Part shown: in pieces, positions 14,265 through 26,022 of the stretch
How positions within the stretch are numbered: position 1 is the first letter of the stretch
Layout of the letters: each line of letters begins with the position of its first letter
Assembly: GCF_001194135.2 (NCBI RefSeq)
Contig: NC_068985.1
Coordinates: forward strand, 7,010,181-7,074,180
Source of the DNA: Octopus bimaculoides
Lineage: Eukaryota
Direction: 5' to 3'
Length of the DNA stretch: 64,000 nucleotides
Position numbers and translations under genes: made by a program
The notes under the pieces: generated by a model
The model's database searches: none
What the model was told of the DNA's origin: nothing
What the model saw: only the letters and a program-made list of their open reading frames with translations

Positions 14265-14968
14265 TATGTGTTTTATTTACGTATTTTTTGCTCATATTTT
14301 TCATATTCCATTTCATGTTTGCTTTTCCCTTGCATATATCGGAAAGGATGTTCTTACGTTGAAATATTCCAAGGTATTCATTTTCACGCGTTTAGATCAC
14401 GTATTCATATCGACTCAAGGCCAGCATTACCGCTCACCTTTCCTCTATTTACAAAATGAACTTGGCGTCAACTACTGAAAGAGATTAATTCTACAAAATC
14501 TTTCCTTACGTTCAATGTCGAGAAGCCACAAATAATTATTATTTGCACCAGTTTCATTAGGAGTATTCAAGGAAGCTGTGGTTTATAAGTCGATATTTCC
14601 AATCCAGAAGGAATTCGTACAAGTATCAGTATATTTCTTTCTATTTCATATTCTACTGACTTTATGGCGAAGTAAAATATCCCAGTCTTTTTGTTTTTAC
14701 TATAATTTATTGACTAAATTTAAGAGCGTCGTAGTGTCCTTTTTATTTTTCACAAACTTGATTTATAGTCACTAGGAGTTTGATACTCGAGAAATAAAAC
14801 TCAAACCTACCAAACAAAGCAATGAATCAACAGTTGTTCAGCCCCTTTGAGTAAACATGCAGTCTATGAAATTGATTCATAATAACTAATGTTGCACATT
14901 AAAATTGAATTTATTTTGTAATAAAAATGGATGTGAGGTTACGTTGAAGTTTACTACGTAGTAGCTAT

Positions 14969-15050
14969 AGTAGAAGACACTTGACCAAAGTGTCGTGCAG
15001 TGGGACTGAAACCGAAACCATGTGGTTGGTAAGCAAGCTACTTACACACT
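14969..15050 (-). mobile_element. SINE family A head fragment
   Basis: tagaagacacttgaccaaagtgtcgtgcagtgggactgaaacc...aagcaagctacttacac is the reverse complement of the family A head. Confidence 0.75.
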
Positions 15051-15329
15051 GTATATTTTTATCACATTTGTATATTGATATTTTAATAAGTTATATGTTA
15101 ATTTAGTCATGGAGCTAAGAATGACATCAGAACGTTTTGCAAAATCGTTCTCCAAAGGAAGTTGGGATTACATAATTCCCAAGGATAAAGGCGTCGGCAT
15201 ATTACGGAATTTAGAATTGATTGAAATATTTGCATTACCTCTGGATGCGTTGGTCTATTTGCATTACCGTGCACGCGTCGGTCTATTCGCTGTGTTGAAT
15301 TTTGACGAGTCGGACGGAATTTTTTGAGT

Positions 15330-15718
15330 TGCTTGGCAGCGGTTTGTCGGTTAGTGTTGTACCGGTGGAAAAAATGTATTCGGACGTTAGCGAGTATGAG
15401 CTGTCCTCAGCGGAGGAGGAGGTGCTCGTTGAGGCGGTAAATAGAATGGACGAGCATTTGAAAAGAGTAAAGAGTTTTGTTGAGGCTGCAGAGGTGAAGC
15501 AAAGTAAGGTGGACCTAGCCAGACTGAAGGAGCTGAGTAAGATGACACAGAAGGTGGGCCGTGACGTGAAGTTATTACCCCCAAAAGGGTTATGGAAAAT
15601 ATGGAAAAGAAGACCATTACCTACAAGGTGTACGCAGTGGAGAGTAGGAAGGTGGAGCGGATGGTGATGGAAAATGTAGAAAAAGCATTGGAGGGCCTTT
15701 CGGAGGAAGTGACATACA
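15330..15718 (+). mobile_element. Frameshifted coding-like fragment, probably the 5' end/ORF1 of a retroelement
   Basis: MYSDVSEYELSSAEEEVLVEAVNRMDEHLKRVKSFVEAAEVKQSKVDLARLKELSKMTQKVGRDVKLL, then a frameshift into MENMEKKTITYKVYAVESRKVERMVMENVEKALEGL. Helical, charged composition; cut off by a SINE. Confidence 0.4.
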
Positions 15719-16115
15719 ATGCGTGGCACCAATGGAAATGTTATAGTACTTTAGCTCAGGACAGACAGAGCAAAGCTTTGTGAATGCATTTCATAGACGG
15801 AAACTGAAAGAAGCCCGTCGTATATAAATATATATGTGAATGTGTTCGTGTGCGCGAGTGTATGCGTATATACAACTGTGAGTGCTTTCTTTTCTGTTTA
15901 TCTTCCTCTTTGTTCTCCACCACAGCTTGACAAAATCTGTTGATTAGTTTACATTCCCGAGACCAAGTGGTTCGGCCAAAGAAACCGATAGTATAAGTGC
16001 CAAATTTCAAGAAAATAATGATTTGGGTCTCTTCTTTCAATTAAACCCATTCAAAGAGATGCTCCAGCATGGCCTCAGTATAATGCCTTGAAGAAGCAAA
16101 ACGATAAAAGGAAAA
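15719..16115 (+). mobile_element. SINE family A, 5'-truncated
   Basis: gcgtggcacc...caaagctttgtg...agacggaaactgaaagaagcccgtcgtata...gatgctccagcatggcc. Confidence 0.8.
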
Positions 16116-17009
16116 CTAAATAGTTATTTATAATGTTGAAGTTCAACTTGTACTATTGCAAGGCGACAGTTAATTGGAATCCAAGTCATTTACTTAGTTT
16201 TCAATTTAAATTTGTATTTAGAAACCATACTTCTACATGGAACATGTATAAACATTACAAATTCCATTCTCATCCGATTTAGAAATCTATTAGCATGCGA
16301 AAATTATATCGGAATAGTTTCACGAATACCGTATTAATATATGCTTATCTTCGTAATTTTCCTTGATATTAAATCTCTTGGGTTAATGTAAATTTGAATC
16401 TTTATGCGTTGTTACAATATCGTAAATATTGGAATCTATAACCAAATCATTGGAAGTGATATTGTTCCTGGCGTTTATATCATTCCGAAAGTACTTCCTG
16501 TTGTTTCACATATCACAGTGTATATGTATGGAGCTCTAGAACATTTTCTAGAGGGAATAGATCTTTTTTTCTCCATCGCTCTTCCATCATAGAAAAACGT
16601 TGACGTTTTATGTTTCAGAAAATTGACTGTTTATAAATTATTCTTTCTTAATTGATTATCAAAACATTTTACAAATGAGATTTTATTTTTAAATCTGAGA
16701 ACATCCCATTTTTACGTTATATATTTTACATAGTTTGTAAACATTCAATTCCAATCATAAGCACAGGCATCGTATATATATACATATATATATACATACA
16801 GAGAGACCGAGAGAGATACATACGTATCTACATACATACATTCATACATACATACATACATACAAGCAATATTATACACACATATATTACATTATATACG
16901 CTATTATTATTATTACTCCCAATCTTTATACGGCTATTACAATCGTTATTTTTTTTATTAATATTGATATTATTTTCATCATCGTCATCATCCTCATCAT
17001 CACCATAAA

Positions 17010-17059
<50 letters not shown>

Positions 17060-17061
17060 GT

Positions 17062-17094
<33 letters not shown>

Positions 17095-17111
17095 ATTATT
17101 ATTATTATTAT
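17010..17111. repeat. (ATT)n/(GTT)n compound microsatellite
   Basis: Visible directly in sequence. Confidence 0.95.
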
Positions 17112-18044
17112 ACATTTTTCTTCACGTGAGTCTAATATATATTTTTTATGTGTGCCTATGTGTACTTGTGTACGCTATTAAGCGTTTGTGTTTAACTGAC
17201 ATTGAGGCGGATTCACTAAACTACTTTTTAAAAAAATAATTTATTTATATTAATAAGTAATATCGCTAATGGGATTCTTTTTTTTGTTTTGGGGGGTTTT
17301 TTTGTCTTCTATATATCTCCACAGTCTTCGTTGTGTTTTTTATTTGTTATTTTCTATATTTTTTCTTCGAAAGTAAAAGAGAGAAAAAAAAAGGGAAAAG
17401 ATCAGTATAAATAATAATTTCCAAGATGGGTTATTATAAAGAAAAACAAAGAAAAAAATAGCCAATAAAATTCTTGTTCTGCAACGTTTGTTTTGTCCTT
17501 CGATATTCTGAATTCAAGCACGGTAGTTTCGTATTTGCTAGTCACCATTTACGCATTTGTGAAAAACAATTTGTTATATCTTCGACAAACTTTTATTATC
17601 TCGTTCCTGACTTCGTTTCTGTGTTTAAAATGAATTATTGCTCCTTTCTTTGCCACTTTATTTAATTTCTGCATTTTGCCATTTTACATTATCCCATCCC
17701 TCATTGAAAATTTGCCGCTTCCAGTCTCTCTTTTATCTTTTCCTTTTGTCCTATATCTCTACCACTTCATATAATCGTTTCTTTTTCATTACCTCCTCTC
17801 TTTCATCCACTGACAATCATCAACCAGATTTATAATAGGCTTGTAATCAGAAGAGATAGATTTCGTTCACAAACACTTGATTAAATGACGAGCGTTAACA
17901 TCAGCTATAATCGGAAAATTATTAAAATGCTCTATAACAATTTCTAATAGAGTCAGCGAGTGCTGGCAGATTAACTCTTCTGTTAGATCGGAATATTGCA
18001 GCTCTCTCTTGGTTAAACTGTTGGTCAAGCCTATAGATATGGAG

Positions 18045-18500
<456 letters not shown>

Positions 18501-19389
18501 CTAATTGATTGGACGTGCTATCATGTACACGTTTTGTCTTTAATTACTGTAACGTCACGTTCCTATTTTATTGCCATTCATTCTGTTTCAAATTTTATGC
18601 GACGTTTCTTTCTATCTCTTTTCTCTTCCTCCCTCTCTGACCTATTTACCTCTCTATTGCTTTCAGTCTCCCTGCGCTCCAACTCTTTTCTATCTCTTCC
18701 CACTACTCTGTGACCTGCGATCATTCGCATATCCCTAACGTTCTTTTTTATCTGACTTTCGACTCGTTCGGTCGTCATCTTTCCCTTCCTCTCTATTTTC
18801 AACATGGTTTGTTTGTTCACTGTTCTTTCTATTCTTCAATCTTTCAATTTTCTAGTCAGTAATGACATTTTCCATTGGGTTACTATACATACATCTTCAC
18901 TCAAGCAGCACGGTTCTTTGTTTTGTTTTTGTTTGTATAGTGTTTATTCATTCATTTATTTATTTATTATATAGTCACATTCTGCTGTTGCGTTCCCTTT
19001 CGTCACTGTCCTCAACGTCCGCTCGCTATTCCCAACACCCTTTCGCTTTTGATACCACAAAAAAATGAACAATATGACCGTTAAAGGCGTGAGCTTGTAA
19101 TGGTTTCGTGGACAACTGACGAGAGAAGTGTAAGTCTCTGTCTTGTGTGTGAATTTTCCGTTCGCTCCTTTGTCGAGCTGCTGTTCAATTTTTGAAACTT
19201 ATAGGCGCATGTATATACGTACATTAGGTGTCTCGCTTGACTCTGACTCATTATACACATACCAATACATATATGAGTGAGTGCACATGCGCGTGTGCGT
19301 ACTATATGCAGAGATCATTCACTAGCATTTGAACAATTGCAGTAGAAATATATAAGTGATCTGACCGCTGCAGTTATGCAACCGGGGGT

Positions 19390-19530
19390 TTGAAAATACA
19401 AGAAAATAAATGAATTTTGAAGTGAATCGTTCAGACTGGTCAGCTGTGTGTGTTATTAAATGATATAACAACTGCGAATGAAGTTAACTGCTGTTAAATT
19501 GTTTATACAGAGTTTTGGGACACACCGTAT
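19390..19530. mobile_element. Tc1/mariner-type terminal fragment
   Basis: Ends ttttgggacacaccgtata, the reverse complement of a TA-CGGTGTGTCCCAAAA terminus similar to the one at 1769. Confidence 0.4.
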
Positions 19531-19789
19531 ATATTTGCATCGTGAAAGAAATTATTTAGGCATTCAGAAACAACAAACACACAAAGACCGTGAACTTCAC
19601 TTAAACATTTATTTGTAATAGAGTGTCACAATTTCCGTCGCTTGAAACTGCGACTTGTTCTCTGACAGAAAATTCTGCAGCATAAATATTTTAGTGAAGC
19701 TGACAGCCTTTTGTCTTTCCGAAAGTTTAACTTCTACTTTTCATGCTGTAAACGTTTTAGTTTCATCACATGATCTGAGATGAAAATAC

Positions 19790-19859
19790 TATTTACATTT
19801 GAGGGATATTGTTTGTTGTTAGCTTAACCTTTCGGCTGATATACCCTCCAGCCTTCATC
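19790..19859 (-). mobile_element. Inverted, truncated copy of the 3' part of the adjacent hammerhead-bearing SINE
   Basis: Reverse complement reads gatgaaggctggagggtatatcagccgaaagg...aacaacaaac..aatatccctcaaatgtaaata, matching 20048-20133 with a small deletion. Confidence 0.85.
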
Positions 19860-20171
19860 GGGCATATGGCGCAGTGGTTAAGAGCGCAGGCTACTAACTC
19901 CAAGATTCCGACTTCGATTCCAAGCAGTGAACTGAATAATAATAATAAAAATTAAAAAAATAATAATAATAACAACAACAGCAACAACAACATCGAAAAA
20001 TACCTTAGGAATGAGAACCCAGTTTCGAAATTTCCCCAAGAACACCTGATGATGGCTGGGGGGTGGGTATATCAGCCGAAACCTTGTGTTAACAACAAAC
20101 AAGATGAGGACAAATATCCGTCAAATGTAAATAATGTACATAATTCCTCATCTCTTAAATATAGAACTGTA
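19860..20171 (+). mobile_element. tRNA-headed SINE carrying a hammerhead ribozyme motif
   Basis: A-box TGGCGCAGTGG (19867-19877); B-box-like gacttcgattcc (19910-19921); (AAT/AAC)n spacer; body homologous to 48632-48779; hammerhead core at 20041-20090. Confidence 0.8.
20041..20090 (+). ncRNA. Minimal type-I hammerhead ribozyme motif (one mismatch in stem III)
   Basis: AACAC-CTGATGA-T-GGCTG-loop-CAGCC-GAAA-CCTT-GTGTT. Stem I AACAC/GTGTT; stem II GGCTG/CAGCC; core intact. The palindromic ACGT stem III (intact in the copy at 48467-48512) reads ACCT here. Confidence 0.75.
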
Positions 20172-21111
20172 TTATCAAAATCCTTGCTATGTATATATGT
20201 TCGTATCTTTAGAGAAAGTGGATGTAAGGTGTATATAAAAGATTCGTTAAATCCTGTCTATCTTGTTCTCCAGAGGGCAACTTAGTGAATTTATATCTAA
20301 TTTGTAGAGCGTTATTTTCAACTCATGATTTGGGAAGTAATATTATTTTTGAAGTCTGAACATTTATGCCTTTTTTTCGAACTGAATATCGAAATGTAAT
20401 GTGTAATTTTTCTTGTAAAAAGTTGGACTGCATAACTTAGATAATCTTCGATAGAAATAATTTTGATCTTTACAGTAATGAGCGACTTGTTATTTTGCTA
20501 CCATGACTGAGTTAAAAATAAGGGATTTAAAAAATAGATTTGCGAAAATATTCAATATTTAAAATTTTTAATGTGAATTTGTTACGACTCTGAAAATAGT
20601 TTATCTATTTCGATATACCTTTGATAAGGTACACTTAGAGATTACCATTATTGTAAATCTAACAAAATATCGCAATAAATTAGGTTAAATACTTATTACT
20701 AAAATTCTAGCTGTGAAATGATATCCTATAAAATGCATTAAGCTTCTATCCTATTGTATCTATGACGCCGAATTACTTGCCTCGATCGCCATCAAAGTAT
20801 GTATCAATACAATTATATAGACATTAAAAAATATATAGAGAACAAAAATAATAATAAACCGAAACCAAGAACTGGAGATTTATATTATACAATCATACTT
20901 AGGATTTACGTTCTTCTAATGATATAAAGATAATGTCCATATGCTATAGATATGGAACGATCTTTACAAAAATAGTGGTATGTAAGCTACATTCAATATA
21001 TATTTATCAATGTCACATCTTCAGAAATACACCATTATGCTGCTCGCGGTTTCGTTGAGACATGATGTTAAAAAGTTCGCATTACGATGAATTTCTAATA
21101 TTTGTTTCAAA

Positions 21112-21325
21112 ATTTGGCACGAGGCCAGCATATTCTGTGGAAGGGTAAATCGATTACATTAACCCTAACCCCAGAGTACAACTTTTACTTATTTTATCGA
21201 TACTGAAATGATGAAAAAGGCAGAGACGACCGCGGGGGAATTTGAACTCGGAATGTAAAGATAGACGAAATGCTGCAAAGAACTTTTCTCGGCGTGCTAC
21301 CTATTCTGTCAGTTTACCACCTTAA
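21112..21325 (-). mobile_element. SINE family B
   Basis: ttggcacgaggcc...gcagagacgaccgcgggggaatttgaactcggaatgtaaagatagacgaaatgc...accacctta. Confidence 0.75.
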
Positions 21326-24300
21326 ACGAATTTCTCGTGTAGACAAGCAATCACGATTAGACTTGGGCGCAGATATTGTTAGATCAGGATCGACTTGGAG
21401 CTAATTAACAACCTTTCCCCCAAATATTGAGACATTTGTAATGTTACCAAGTTTATGGATTTATATACAGTTCTTTTTTATATTCACAGTGTGGAGAGAA
21501 AATTTAATTTCACGCCTCTTAGAATTACTCGAAATTATTCTAAAGTAATTCGCAACTAAATTGGAACACTAGAATTTAATTTGTTATTATCGCAATAAAA
21601 CACAGCACCCACGCCAAGAACACTTAAATATTCCTGTATTGAGATTGTCAAAGTAACGGTTTATAAATCTTTATTACACTTTCACAAAATAGATGGAAAT
21701 CAGGTAATTGCATTTCGTGAATTATGAGTATGATGCGAATATCATAAGCCTCATTACACAATTGACACCCTCTAAGATTTTGATAAAAGTTGCTATTTCA
21801 TATTACCATACATATATATTTTTTCTTCCTTTTATTCAGCTTCTTAATTTGCATTTCTCTTCCGCGATTATTAGGACAAAATAACACTCGTTCAAAGTTA
21901 CCTGTGTCAAGTTTTCGTCTGACATTGACTAACTTCAATAATTCCGTCGATATTTCTCCGCATCAGTTTCTCATTGATTTTATTATAAAAATGTGATAAT
22001 AATTTTGTTTTGCTTCCGTTAAAATATCAAATATAATTTATTACAGTTTTAACATCAATATAAATGTTGTTTTTTTTATGATATTAGTGCAAATTGAACG
22101 ACACAAATTTCTCTCAATGCTCCTATGGTGCCGGTTTCAGAGTGCACAAGTCACTAGATTATGGGTCATGTGATAAGGAAATGCTTCTATTAATTGTATT
22201 ACTAATAGACCGAGATTTGTTAAATTAGTTGTATTTAGATTCTTTACTTTAGATCAATATTTTATTATAAATATTTTTTTTTAGAAAATTAAGAATTTTT
22301 AATTTTCGAAATTTTATTAAGATTTTAATTGATTCAAAAGTTGTTGTCGCATACACTTGTCAATGAGAATGTAATTTATTATGAGTATTTAATAATTGCG
22401 AAAGTGTGAAACAATTTATTTATTTGATTACCCGTGATTTAATTTATGATACATGTAAAAATTTCCGACATTTTTACATCGGAGAAAATTTTAAAGCAAA
22501 TATATAATAAATATAAGACTTAAAACAAATATTTTGTTTTTAATTCAATTAATAAAATCTTTAAAAGTTCTGTAAAGTTTCGATTGTTCTGCCGAATATA
22601 CTTAGTTCCAAATTCTTAAACGTTTAAGATCAATTTTATGCCCATGTATTTAACAGTTTTCTTCTGAATGCTATCTTATAAATACATGCTGATGTAGGAA
22701 AATTCATGAACTTATGTAACTAGAGAAAGATTGATATTAGGCAAAATAACAAAGCTTTGTTGGATATATGTAAGTTGATCATCATCAAGTTCGTATAATT
22801 TTATGTCAAACAAATGTTTCTCTGTATATCTTCGTCGTGTATGAAAACGCACAGTGTGTTTTTTAAGCACTTGGGCCTTAAGGTCTCTCCCTCAAGGCAT
22901 CTGAGTGTTTCTGGCAACAAAAAGAAGCTCCCTTTCAACGCAGCAACAGGATTAACATCAGTTATGCATTTCTCCTGAGTGGACGGTAGCAACGTGATGT
23001 GCCGAGCTGTATAATGCAATTCAAAAGCCTTTCCTTAAATTAAACCTAAGACTTCACGATCTTAACGATCCTGAGCACCAAAATATAACTACTTCAACAT
23101 ACCAACCAATACTTTGACACGTGTCCTATACTAGAGATATTACCTGTGGAATTTACGTTTGTTAGATTATGGTACATATTACGAACAGGATAAAAGAATT
23201 TTCCTAACCAGCTTCCTGTACATTTGGAGATAAATATTAATATTAAAATATTTACAGATATTGTTTGTGCATCAGCCACTGGAAAATCTATATCTTTAGG
23301 ATTGTCCACAAGCATTTAATTTGCATTATTTGATCAAATCTAAATCTAGTTATTGTTTAGAACAATGTTATAAGCCACTTTCTCTCTTTGTATTATTTCT
23401 CTGTATCATCCTTCTACTGCTTCAAATGGCAGTGTCCTTTTACTGATATTACAACGGCTCGTAAAATATTCTGGAATATCTGTAACATCAACTCTTTTAT
23501 AAATATGTTAAATCTCGATAGACAGCGAACATATAAGATTCAATTTGATTTGCAAATTCACACAAACCAAACAAGTTGACATTTCCGCATAAGAGAACCA
23601 CTGACGTTTATACGGCATCTATTCGAAATCGGTTGTAAAGGAAAGCTTCTATGCATTTATGTATGTATATTTAGTGTTGATTTGTGTCGTTTCTAACAGA
23701 GTGAATCAAATTATCTCTTTGATATATTTAATACATTTTGTAATACTCTGCACCCATTTCTATTGAGTAGAATATGTTTATTCCCCTCCAGTCATTTCAT
23801 TAGATATCATGAAATGCTATCGATGAATAGCGTGTCTTACGTCAGCAATCCCGACAATAGCAACAACATTTTAGCATTAAATAGACGAATCATAGATTTT
23901 CTGCTCGTAATTTCCTCTTCCTTCCGATTGTTTGTTAAGTTATTTGAGAAATGCTGGAACAATGTAACTTCCAATGCGTTAAAACGACATTGTAAAAACA
24001 CAACCAGCGTTCTTAAATCAAAAACTACATAATGAATACTTATTCATAATCTCAGATAATAATCTCGAGATAGTGTTGCCTTGAGAATGAATAATTGATT
24101 CTAAACATTTGAACAATTATCGTTTGAAGGTTGAAAGTTTAGTCTTTCATAATGTTCGAATTTATATCAAGAAAGTTTGATAACAGCTTTCCCTAAGGAG
24201 ACTAAAATATTATTATGCAGTACATTTGATCTGCAGTGAATGCCAAAGCAATAAAAGTTAAAATGTCTGAGGTGAGTGCATTATTTTATTACTATTATAT

Positions 24301-24407
24301 TTTGTTGGGCTTTTAACTTTCTATGTCGATATAAGACACTTTGTAACGGTAACAGATGCAACCTATCTCTATGTAATGTAGGCATTGTATGTCTAACTAT
24401 TATTTTC

Positions 24408-24618
24408 TACCCTAGGCACAAGGCCCGACATTTTGGGGGTAGGGAACCAGTCGATTAGATCGACCGCTGTACGCAACTGGTACTTAATTTATCGACCCCG
24501 AAAGGATGAAAGGCAAAGTCGACCTCGGCGGAATTCCATCTCAGAACGTATATACAGACAAAATACTGCTAAGCATTTCACCCGGCGAGCTAATGTTTAT
24601 GCCAGTTCGCCGCCTTAA
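24408..24618 (-). mobile_element. SINE family B, well preserved
   Basis: ctaggcacaaggcccga...cgaaaggatgaaaggcaaagtcgacctcggcggaatt...gccagttcgccgcctta. Confidence 0.9.
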
Positions 24619-25307
24619 TATATGTCTAAATATTGGAAAGACCTTGCACATTGTAGAACTTGTAACTTAATTAGTAATTGTGAATCATTTTAACTGAATG
24701 TTAATATATATATTATTAACGTCCCATATATTCCTGAAGTGAGATGGGCAGGTCCCATATATTCCTGGGGTGAGATGGACATTTGGGGTTACGCAACTGA
24801 ACAATAAAGAAGAGGAAGAACAGTCAGTGTGATGTGGGACCCAGACCAATTCCATCCCACCCAAGACCACTCAGACCCATGCAGACACCAAACATACCCA
24901 CCCCCTCTCCTCACAGGAAAAAAAGGAAGAAAGAACAGATACCACAACATTTACAAAGCCCCTCCCCCTGTGAAAAAGGTTACGTGTACATGGAGGAGAG
25001 AGTGTTGCCATTCAGCGATGGGGGAAACGGTACACGAAAGACTAGATAAAAGACTAAAGCGGAATCAGGACTCAGATGTGGCGAGTGATGTTACTCAGTG
25101 TGGGGTGAGTAACGCACTTTTCATATTCTCATTTCTCAGTTATCATTCATGTATCATTATTTTAATATTTTGATTTTAATTTTATTTCATGTTCATTTTT
25201 ATGTGTCATTCATAGCATTATATTTTATTTTAATTGTTATATGTACCCACATGTGTTATAAGTGTCTCCCTCTATGTAATACTTTATGGAAATTTAAAAG
25301 AAATAAA

Positions 25308-25458
25308 GAAGCTGGCTTCCCAACCACATGGTTTCTGGTTCAGTCTTAGTGCGTGGCACCTTCGGCAAGTGTCTTCTACTGTAGCCTCGAGTCGACCAAA
25401 TCCTTTTGAGGGGATTTGGTAGACAGAAACCGAAAAAAGCCTGTCGTATGTATGTATG

Positions 25459-25557
<99 letters not shown>

Positions 25558-25754
25558 CTTGGACTTTACAAAGAAACAAAAAGCGAAGATAGGTGTGTAA
25601 ACAACAAACAGGTGTATTAGTTATTAGTTTAACGCTCAGGAAGCTGAGAAAGTCTTTTACGTTTCGAGCCTACGCTCTTCAACAGAAGGGAACACGAGAA
25701 AATAAACAGAGAGAGAATAAAAAAAAACCTTTAGTGGCTAGCGGTCAATCATTT

Positions 25755-25812
<58 letters not shown>

Positions 25813-26022
25813 TGTGTCTGTGTTTGTCCTCCCGATCATCGCTTCACAACTGATGTTGGTGAGATTAAGTCTCCGTAACTTAGCGGTTCGGCAGAAAGAG
25901 AACCGATAGAATAAGTACTAGGCTTATACAAAATAAATCCTGTTGTCGATTTGTTCGACTAGGCACAGTAGTCTTGCATGACCGCAGTCAAATGACTGAT
26001 ACAAGTAAAGGAATAAAAGAAT
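25308..26022 (+). mobile_element. SINE family A with a nested insertion in its internal (AT)n
   Basis: Head gaagctggcttcccaaccacatgg...gtgcgtggcacc; body up to (AT)n at about 25446-25555; resumes after about 25760 with (GT)n and the family A tail. Confidence 0.85.
25556..25760 (-). mobile_element. Penelope-like terminal-repeat fragment with a hammerhead-like motif
   Basis: Flanked by (AT)n on both sides. Minus strand contains CTGTTGA-A-GAGC-gtag-GCTC-GAAA-CGTA (25685-25658), the layout typical of PLE minimal hammerheads. Confidence 0.55.

Noticed and set aside
19860-19935. Functional tRNA gene
   Set aside because: A- and B-boxes are present, but I could not build an acceptor stem or full cloverleaf, and it runs into the SINE body.
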